This document shows, piece by piece, positions 54,101 through 63,872 of a stretch of DNA of 63,872 nucleotides (positions are counted from its first letter, which is position 1; each line of letters starts with the position of its first letter). A program made the position numbers and the translations under genes. The stretch is from Choristocarpus tenellus KU-1152. Its lineage: Eukaryota; Protista; Phaeophyceae. The stretch lies in NCBI GenBank assembly GCA_964200185.2, contig CAXNAD020000005.1, positions 1 through 63,872 of the forward strand, read 5' to 3'. Below the pieces are notes generated by a model. It searched no databases. It saw nothing but the letters and a program-made list of their open reading frames with translations, and was not told the origin of the DNA.

Positions 54101-57100
54101 GCACATGACACAATGGCCACACCATCATTGCAAATGTTTGTATGTCCATACACCATATACACCGTTTGGGTTAGGGTTAGGGTTAGTTTGGATACACTAC
54201 TTTCTTTTGTACTTCTTGGGGGACAAAGGAATAGGTGGTTTAGTTAAAGATAAAAGTGGAGAGGAACCAGTGTATGGCAGGGTCTTCCACAAAATTTCAC
54301 ATCTTATGTTAAGAGCAAAACTAAATCGTGCCACATAACCCTGCTGACCACCTCTAGCCATTGACAGTATACTCAAAAAATATAAAAACCCTTTTCTTCC
54401 TTTGATTCAATCAGCGATTTAAGCAAACTGGAGCCAAAAGAGATTGCATGGTGTCATCAATTCCTTGGCAAGACAAGAGTCACATTGATAAAAATCACCA
54501 CATCAGAGAAAGCATGTGTATCAAATTATTAACATGTCCTTAAAACACAATCCATTAGAATGAGGACAAATGTGCAAACACTAGGGATACCAACAACAGA
54601 ATTTCCCCCCCCAGCAAGTCTGAAGCTACATTGTTCAGACCTACACATATACTCACAGACCCAGCAATACTCCTTAGGCCAGCGGTTGCTTCAGATCCAA
54701 ACTCGTGGGATGAACGAGGATGTTCCCCAGCAGTAACTGTGCTTCCCAGAATAAGCTCTGTAAAGCTGAGGCACCCGCAAGTTCTCCCCTTCCAGACATA
54801 GGACGGCAAGGAGAAGGGTAACAAACGTGGTACCTTACCATCCTTTCCCAGTACCCACACAGTCATCACCACTGATTCACTTGGCATCCCATGACTTGAC
54901 GAAAACGTGGAGTGTGGATTGCTACTTCCTCCACCACTTGAAAATGTGGAAAGGCGCAAGGAATGTGTAGGCGACTCTGGTTCCAACGAAGAGGTTTCTT
55001 GAGGCTCCTTCAGAGGAGAAAAAAACATGGAGGGGTTGGGTTGAAGGTTGGGACAGCACAAGTGTAGGGATGCTGAAATAGCAATGCTCTGATGGCTTCA
55101 ACCCAACAGTTCATGCAATATAAAAAGTCCAGTGTGGTGGTGAGAGGAAGAGGGGATCATTACAACAGATTAACGAAAGAGCTCCAAGACAAAAATGGGT
55201 TCGATACAACAGGAACGATATCAGCACATCATTGACTTCCATTAAGACTGAGTACTATCAGGGTGAAGAACTTTACTGGAACACTCAAATCCTCTTGACC
55301 TGACTTGTTCTCATCTTCTGACGCTCTTCAGTTTTCCTTGCTAGGTCATCCATACATGTTCGCATGACCTGTACCCAGGCATCCTTCTCAACGGCGCTTG
55401 CCGCTACCACCAAAAAAGACTTCAACTGACCGATGATGAGCATCCCTGTTTCACCTGTGATAAAATCATCATTTGAGGTGGACTTTCTATTAATAACTTG
55501 ATAACATACTGTACTAAAGCACTCAAAATAAATTTGAGTTGTTGAAGGTTTGCCTCAGATTGATAACATGTAGTACCCTTACAGCACCTCAGTATAGGTA
55601 ACTTTAGTCTGATATGGTATTGGTCTTAATCAACAAGGGAGAGAATTAGTGTGGGTAAAGGTCATTGGCCTTGCCCTTTTGGCTTGTTAACCAAAGCACA
55701 TACCGGCACTCTCCTACTTGGAAAAAAATGTATTAATAGTTGTAGGGGAGTAGCAATTGAGCTTAATGTATTTACTGTAATAGGCATAGTTGGGCGGAGT
55801 AACAATAAGGAAGATTAAAAACTCTGTCAATAGAGAGCAGAACCACCATACATTTATCTGCTGGTGTACCACATGTATAAAACAAGATAGTGTAGTGGGT
55901 TAGTAATGATTGAAACAAAAAAATGTCAATTATCGAAAAGCTACAGTCAAATTTAAGATTTGCACAATATATCATCCTGTGTCTGTACCAATTTAATATC
56001 CAGTGACTAAGCAACCAAGCTTGACCTAATGTCTCCTTCATCTTACCCAAGGGTGATAACGACTTCCTGCTGTAAGCTGGTGCATCCACCACAAAGCACT
56101 TGGCAAGGGATAATGATCCTCTAAGCTGGTACTGCTTACCTCGGTTTCCCCTGTGCAAGAGATTAGGGTTAGGGTAAGACTGAGTTGCATGAATGTATGC
56201 CCAAAACTTCTCTTCCTTTCACAGAGGAAAAATTCAAGTAGGTGTGACCTGACGTTGTCAATTCTGCCATGTGCAACCACCGTGATAGTACTGTACTGCC
56301 TAGCTTAACATAAACAGAAATTCTGTCGAAGCTCTCATGTACGGATTGTAGAAAAGAATAATTGAAACAGCAGCAAATGAACACAGCATACCCTAGAGTT
56401 GAAGCTAACATAATCATCAACAGTGCTACTCTGCCTCTTCAATAGCACATCAAACAACATCGACAATGGCATGGGGGAGATGGGGGTTTGGCTGTAATCA
56501 TTGGACAGAGTGAAAACGTCACTAATGAATAACTATTGCTGGAGCTGGCAAACACTGAGCACAATTTTTTTGAGCTGATCCACTCATTAGTCTCAGGGTT
56601 TAGGGATAGAGATTCCACGCCCTGCTTCAACCAAACACCTAGCAACCATTAAGCACATGGAATATTTGTAAAAAAACAACTGAACAGAAACAATTGCATA
56701 GTCACCGACTTACTATCTTAATAATGTGTTGCACACTACTACAACTACCCATCACACACGAGACAAATATTCCACTCCTCAAAACCCAACTCTTTAAGAT
56801 CAACATCAACAATAGATCGACTCACCTCAGCTTTTCTCGGAAGCTCACTTTTTCCTCTCCATAGACAAGCAGGTCATTGAACAGCACAAATCGAAGCTTT
56901 TGGGGACCGAAACGCCCAATCTGTTTGACATATAAATGGCGTAAGTGCAGCAACATCTCATACACACCCCCACACAAGCACCGCATCAATATACATCGCT
57001 AGGGGTAACCATCAACTTTGAAATCAAGGTTCAAATACTGGAAAAACATGACTAAATATGAGAGATATGATGTCAGATGTATTGCTCGAGTATATCTTGG

Positions 57101-60100
57101 ATCGAAAACGTGTAAATTTCTCTAAGGTACCTTGTCATGGATTGTTACTACCCTATTTCATTCTTATGTTTCTTCACTGAGGGTCACCGTACCATCATTC
57201 AGCCCACCTTGGTCATGTACGCCTCCTTCACAAACAGTCTAGATGCTGAAACAAAGTCTGAATCGACAAACTCGGTCTGCAGCTGAAACACCTGAAACAC
57301 CACAAGAACACACACATAATGCAAACCAACAACAACCAAGAGACATCAACCAAGTCATGTTTTTGAGCATTGAGCAAAGAATTGTTTCACATTCACATTA
57401 TGCTGGGACTTCTCAACAATGTGGAGGCAGCATGGTGACTGAAGAGAAAGAGCCCTCACCAACAACATAGCACTGCCAAGCATGAGATGCACCAAGTATC
57501 TACTTCAATTTACTACGAGTACGAGAATAGGTGATCAGGTATACCTTGGCCTGTCGTACCTTCCCAACAACTCACCATATCCTGCTTCTCCTTCAGATGC
57601 ACATCTGCATTGATCTTGGAAGCGATGCTTCCCATCATCTCCAGTGTCTTCTCCACTTCTGCGTGCATCTTGCTACCAGTGCCTGTGTACTTGATTATTG
57701 TCTCCAGTAGTATTCGATAGCGTGGTATCCGCTGCATCACCAACCATCACCAACCATCACCAATCATTCACATACACCAGCACAATTCACCAAGCAAAGA
57801 TCATGCTTCGGGTTATAGGGTAAGGGAGCCAAGTGCAACAACGGTAGGGCAAAACCTCAGGGATCTACGCAAAACATGCAAAGAAAGAAGGAGAGACAAG
57901 TTAAAAAGACGCCAACCCTAACCCAAATGCATCAAAGACTATGTTACAAATGAGTAGCTAACAGCACAACTGAAAATAAAAAAATGTGTAAGTCGGACGG
58001 ACATAGGCAAAAACAGGAAAAGACCAAGAACTTCACCTATCATAGAGAGCGTTGTAGGGGATTCCGAGGCTCATAGGATACCAGGGCATTACACTCTATA
58101 GATGATTTGGTCTGTGTATAAAAAACAACAGTATCGATCACATCAGCACCACGTGCACATGCTCTCTAGCCCCAGCAGCAGGACATATGACCATGACATG
58201 CACAGGAGGCTGTATGGAGAAACTATAGATCTCTCACACAGAGCGAAACGCAAGTGTTTCATGGTGTCCTTCTAGATGCATTTAACAACAAATTGCACTA
58301 TCTGAGACAAACATACAGCACTAATCACGAAGTGAACTGAAGGAATTTATGAGGGCGAGTTGAATCAGCTGGAAAACACTTCTATGCCCTGATCATGATT
58401 GAATAATGTGCCAGGCAGTGAGCGCCACGGGGCTCTGCAAGCAGGGCACGCAGCATGCATACATTCAAGAAAATGATCAAGTTGAAGATTACAACTCCAT
58501 TTCTAGTTTAGAACAATTACAATAAAATCGAATTATAGTAATTCAATCGCTATGAACATATTCATGGCACTAACCAATGAGAGTGTTTGGAGATCCATAT
58601 ATGTTCCTCTCCTTGAGACGAGTATTGATTTAGTCTCTTCTGTTTCATTTTAACATAATTTCTTTCAAAGAAAGGGGATTTCAAGATTGTGAAGTATGTC
58701 TGCATTAAGCACAGAAGTCATGGCACAACAGAGGGGGCAGGGGAAAGAGCAGGGCGAGGACTTTCTTTTGTCTGAAAGCGATATTAAGGTTTTATATGAT
58801 GTAACTATTGACATTTCATGCTATTTCCACATCTATTCTGCTTTGACATTACCCAGTAAACAGGTGCATAAAGTACATTCATTCTTGAGTGGAAGTGGGG
58901 AATAAACAACAGAGATGTGGCTGGTATGATAGAGCCTCACCTGGACTGGCTGGATCAGGAAATCCTGCAGACGGAGACCATGGCATGCCTTCTGACGCTC
59001 ACAAGCACTAAGAAAGGCCGATACCTCTGGGCTCTCCTTCAGGGCCGTCAATCTCTCCCTGGCACTCTCAAAGTTTTTGATGTACAGGGAATACATCTGG
59101 CATCACAGCAATGGAAGAAACATACATTCAAACACAAACAAATTTTTGGGGAGTTAGATACTCGATTGCAGTGAACACATCTGCTATTCCGATCACAGCA
59201 TGCACATATTTCAAACGTGGGCAAGTTAAGGAGCCAGGGGTGAGCCCAATCACAGCAAGAGGTAACTATCCTCCAAAAATTCAGAGAGGTGATGAAACAC
59301 TCCATCACATACCTTGAAGAACGGAGCAGCCATGAGAAACACACCAAGCATTCTGCGTGGTCCATTTCCTTCTCTATCATCAGCAGGTTCCATTGCATCC
59401 ACATCCTCCAATGGTGATGTGCTTCCACGGGCAGCATTTCCTTTCCCATCATGCTCCTGTGTAGGTAAAACCATTATCTCTCCCCCTCCCACATCATGTG
59501 CTGCTCTTGCTACATCCAAATCCAGACGAGTCCCCTTATTTGGGATCGTTTTAGATGCATTTTTCACTACTCCCGCAGTGCCCTGGTTGGGCCATGTACC
59601 TCCCTTTTCCTGAGTTGATGGATTTGATTCCTCGGGGCTATCGTGTGCCTTACGGAGGTCTAGGAGAAGCTGCTGATTGAAAGAAGTCAACTGCTTGGCA
59701 TTAGAAAATATCACGGCACAGTCTGCCATAAAGTAGACAGGAGGAGCAAGACAGGAGCAAAGGGAAGGGGTCAGGTGAGAGCCCTCACGTCCAAAAGTAT
59801 TAAAAAAACCACACTATAATAGCATCATCAGTGTTGCGCAAGAAAGAATTCTGTAGGGATGAAGAGGGAAATTAAATTTGAAGTTGTAGCACAACCCACC
59901 TGCTCTACTAATGCAAGTGGAGCATTTCTCTCCATCCGATAACATGTGTTCTTTGGCTTCCATATCATCGGCCCATGTTTCCAAGGGTTCGACGAACACG
60001 TTGACGAGAACCTGAGAGACGTCAGGTAAGAAGGTATAGCGGGATTTTAGAAGAGGAAGACATGGCCAAATAGATAAAATCTTCCTTGCGTGAGAAATGC

Positions 60101-60633
60101 GGGGAGAGAGCGCTTGCATGAGACCTATAGTTTGGACGTTGACAGTTGTACATCCGACGAACATGGATACCTAAACGACAAGAGAGTCTCTGCATTGACT
60201 CATTTGCACGATTACGCTCTGAATCAAACACTCCGTGTGTTCGTCGTCAAAAAGAGAGGCTACAAGCCTGCAGTGGGATACTTGGCTGCAGAATTGCACT
60301 TCAGGGTGAACTATTTAAAAAATATTATCAAATGGTAATATATTGATCCAGAGGAGTCTCGCAGTGGCGGAGAACCGTCCCACATAGACTTCAACTCTTC
60401 ACACCTCCCCTGAATAGTGTAAAATGTTCGTATGGAAAACTGTGATGTAAGCATGATAGTCAACAGCACCTGTAATGCGTCGGACACAGATCAACAAGGG
60501 AATTTCTTCACAATCTGTTACCAAAGCAATACGCCCTCACCTTCATTTCAGAAACGTATGTTGCCTCGGTACTTAGTAGCTCTTTTACAGCCATGTCTCG
60601 CTTGTCACTTTTGGAAAGTGACTCGCGACTCAT
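51134..60633 (-). CDS. Dbl-family RhoGEF: DH + PH + PDZ + proline-rich tail, ~12 exons
   Basis: Exons 60633-60541 (KRDMAVKELLSTEATYV), 60011-59900, 59722-59313 (IFSN..APFFK), 59096-58941 (MYSLY..LQDFLIQPVQ), 57731-57576 (RIPRYRILL), 57291-57208, 56920-56826 (FVLFNDLLVY), 56150-56047, 55454-55300 (EKDAWV), 55007-~54834, 52629-52455 (SLGLRL..CPARESGVQQGDRIVAIN), 51759-51134 (GQRV..; PPPP tail). Confidence 0.88.
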
Positions 60634-60984
60634 GGTTATTCTTCCAGGGAGAAAATGTAATGGCAAACCTGCCCTATCGAATTCTGCAAACCCCGAACAG
60701 GTTCAGATTGGTGAGTTGGGGTCCTTGATAAGGACTTGCCTCTGGTTGTGGGAGCCCCGCCACATTCCTCTAGGGCGACTCTCCTGTTCCCAATGTTAAT
60801 CTGATTTGCCGACGAGCCCTACAGGAGTCTACAGGTAGACCTCGAAAGATGCGTTTTACTGTGTGTAATTCCATCTTTACTGCATATATATGGGGTACTT
60901 CGGCCGCCCATCATCCGTCCGTCCAGCTAGTGAATCATCTCTAACCCAACACCAAACTCTAACCTATTCTCATGTACCCAGATA
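60634..60984. promoter_or_regulatory. Putative bidirectional promoter between RhoGEF and PSMD9
   Basis: Divergent start codons ~350 bp apart. Inferred from geometry only. Confidence 0.5.
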
Positions 60985-62437
60985 ATGGATACCATAAAGG
61001 AGATCAAAGATGAACTTATTCGTCTCCAAGGACAAAGGGACGCCTTGGAGGCAGAGGCCGATGCCATCGCGAATGAGCTCAACTCTCACGGGCCTGATGG
61101 ACTTCCCCCGATAGGTGTGAAGGGTGCGCTTATCGACAAGGATGGATTCCCCCTTCCTGGGTATGACCTGTTGGGTGTCAGAACCAAGCGAAATCGTATT
61201 TCCTGCATTCAAACAGATCACAAGGTTATCATGGCGAACTTGGAAAATGCCCTGCACCGGCTGCACCAGGTGAACATCGAGCAAACCATCTCTAAGCTGA
61301 TGTTCAGTACAGCCTCTCAGAAAACAGTTTCGACTCTGGAAGTTATTGCTTTATCCTGCCCATAAACCTTGTTCTTTCCCGTCCGTATTGCTTGAACCGC
61401 CCCTTTCATCAGGCCCAAGCCGTCACGGTCGAGCCCAGTGGACCCACAGATGAAACTAGGGCGACTTCAAGTACCCAACGACAAACTATTTCGACCTCTT
61501 CATTGGAGGGTCTGGCGAATGTTGGTGCAAGTGCTGTGCCAATGATTCCAATTGCCAGGGTAAACCAGGTAGGTTGGCCACAGTTCGGCGAGGCATCCTC
61601 TTTGAATTCATAGAAAATCTACATGTTGAATGATGGATCCAGAGGTGGTGGCGTGATCTTCTCTTCCAATACAAATTTGCACGTGATACGGGGAGATTGA
61701 AATTGTACTTCTGCGCTCAAGCAGACAATTGAGTGAAAGTATCTTAGAGGGAACGATTTCTGACCTGTTTGTCCATTTGGAGCTTGACTTCCCACGGGTT
61801 TTTAATGACATTTTACCTACTCCAAGATGTTCAGGAGTAGGTAAAATGTATCCGTTATGAAAAGGTGTGGGCGGAACAAGGGTATTGACATCTTCTAACA
61901 AACATAATAGTCAAAATTACATCAAAATTGCAAAATTGGATTTTGGCCCCCAAATGGACGCGACTCTACCCTTTAAGATACTTTGACTGATTGCTGAGTT
62001 GAATCCGTTCGCCAACCAATAAAATTGGAAGGAGGAAAATACTGCTGCGATAGTGATCAGATCAAACTGTAAAAAGCCGCGCATTTGTGTCAGGCTAGAG
62101 CTAATATCTTGCAGCACTCTTACATCACGTGTCCTACTTTTTTATTACCCCCCTTCTTCATCCTGGAAAGGTCTCCGACGATTCCCCTGCAAAGGAGGCG
62201 GGGCTTGCTGTTGGAGACCTAGTTGTTCGATTAGGTGCCATCAACATGGAGCACCCCAAAGGCTTAGGTGGTCTGGTGGAGGAAGTGAATTCCAACCTGG
62301 GCAAGGAGCTTCCTGTAGTAGTCATGCGGAACAGGGTAGGGGATGGAGGAGGAGAATTAAATATGGAGAACCTTATTCTGGTGCCCCGTCCATGGTCTGG
62401 CAGGGGATTCTTAGGGGTGCATCTCCTCCCTCCCTGA
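60985..62437 (+). CDS. PSMD9: 26S proteasome base assembly chaperone PSMD9/Nas2/p27, 3 exons
   Basis: Exons 60985-61269 (GALIDKDGFP..D...VRTKRNRISCIQTDH, Nas2 N-domain), 61413-61568, 62171-62437 (PDZ: DSPAKEAGLAVGD..LVPRPWSGRGFLG). Confidence 0.93.
61731..61989 (-). mobile_element. MITE family A copy in PSMD9 intron 2
   Basis: GAGTGAAAGTATCTTAGAGGGA ... TACCCTTTAAGATACTTTGACTG, flanked by 3-bp TSD ATT. Confidence 0.92.
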
Positions 62438-63333
62438 TCCTGTTTATGCTTGCACATGGATTTTTGAAGATACTGGGCGATTGCTGGTACTGTGAAAGCA
62501 GAAGGGGACTGTGTGTACCTACCTGCATGTGACAATGTAGGATGAGACTTATGTGATGGAAATATTCCATTACAGCTAATGCTTGCTAATGAGAATGTGC
62601 AATTCGCACGTTAGGGGTGATTTACGTTTGTTCTCCAATTCAACGTACAGAGATGAACTTCAGTGAGGGTTCTACATAGACTTTTTTTTGCAACTCATCT
62701 CTTGGACCCATTTCCTCTGTAAAAGCCTAGATGCAATCAAAAACGCCTAAATATTGCTGTCACTTGTTCAGCACAAGGTTAGCACTCTACCGGTTCTAAT
62801 AATAGGACTAAACTTCAATACTTTGACAACTACTCCTACTCCGTACTTCGTACCATTTTTTTACAATAGGGCCTCATGTTTTCAGCACAATACGATATCA
62901 CACAACCAACATCAGCCTAGAACTGTACTGGGAGGGTCCAGGCTTGGGACATTTGCTTCATACTGTGTTGCTGATGCCTTGTATAGCTTGGTCTCTTGGT
63001 GTGCAAGTATGACACACAATGGGCAATGATCAGATTGCAGAGGACATCGTTTGTGAATGCCCTAATCCTTCTTCTTGGGGTCGTTTTGATAGAACTACAT
63101 ACAACTAAACATTTCAGGTCGGACAGAAACATCAGCACTCTTATGGTAAGAGTGATGCTAAGAGTTCAGGCCTAAGGGGAAGTTTTATGGGTGTAGGGTG
63201 TACTGGACAAATAAAGGGTTAGTGGGGATGTGAAGTCACCCTGACCAAGGGCAACTTGTGTGGATCATTCGATAAGGATAAGTTTTTTTTTGTTGCATTG
63301 ATATGAGACAGAAAATGAAAGAAAAAAACTTCT

Positions 63334-63591
63334 GAGTCAAAGTATGTTAGAGGGTAGGGCCGCGTCCATTTGGGGGCCGAAACCTAATGTTGCAATTTTG
63401 ATGTAATTTTGGCTATCATGTTTGTTTGGAAGTGCCAATATCCTTGTTCCGGACACACCTTTTCATAACATACACATTTTATCTACTCCGAAATGTTTCG
63501 GAGTAGGAAAATGTCATAAAAACCCCGTGGAGAGTCAAGTCCCAAATGGACAAACTGGGCAAAACTCTTATCCTCTAAGATACTTTCACTC
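63334..63591 (+). mobile_element. MITE family A copy
   Basis: GAGTCAAAGTATGTTAGAGGGTA ... TATCCTCTAAGATACTTTCACTC, flanked by 3-bp TSD TCT. Confidence 0.93.
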
Positions 63592-63819
63592 TCTCTTTAA
63601 TGTGAAATGACATCGGTTCTCCCTCTCAATAATTATTTCGAGTTTAGTGGACTTCTACGTCTAAGACCACACATACCATTTCACTCAGAGAGGATATATC
63701 ACAGGGACTTACTTCATAGAGATATGTGATAGGTGGAGGAAGCTAGAATTGCTATACTCTCAATCCGTGATATGAACCAGCTCTGGAAGCAACCAGTTCT
63801 TCCTACCTCAGTCCCGATT

Positions 63820-63872
63820 GAGCCAAAGTATCTTAGAGGGTAGAGCCGCGTCCATTTGGGGGTCAAAATACA
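63820..63872 (+). mobile_element. MITE family A left end, cut by the window end
   Basis: GAGCCAAAGTATCTTAGAGGGTAGAGCCGCGTCCATTTGGGGGTC matches the family A left end. Confidence 0.9.

Overview
Intron-rich eukaryotic nuclear DNA, by inference a stramenopile such as a brown alga or close relative (not verifiable here). Eight spliced genes can be rebuilt by hand from splice sites, in strict strand alternation as four head-to-head pairs: eIF5B(-)/NSE2-MMS21 SUMO ligase(+), RPB6(-)/CoA-pyrophosphatase-type Nudix hydrolase(+), N-carbamoylputrescine amidase(-)/uncharacterised nuclear-type protein(+), and DH-PH-PDZ RhoGEF(-)/proteasome chaperone PSMD9-Nas2(+). Introns and intergenic DNA hold two copies of a plant-type (Stowaway-TIR) mariner, two related MITE families with an AAAGTATCT TIR core and 3-bp TSDs (8 copies), and many short TTAGGG tracts. 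The most notable unexplained signal is in one eIF5B intron: a tandem pair of ~97-nt box C/D snoRNA-like units with an intact kink-turn and no target I can identify, next to a long stem-loop. Three introns are best explained as GC-AG. Most short ORFs in the supplied track are exon fragments or noise. Exon coordinates were read manually and may be off by a few bases.
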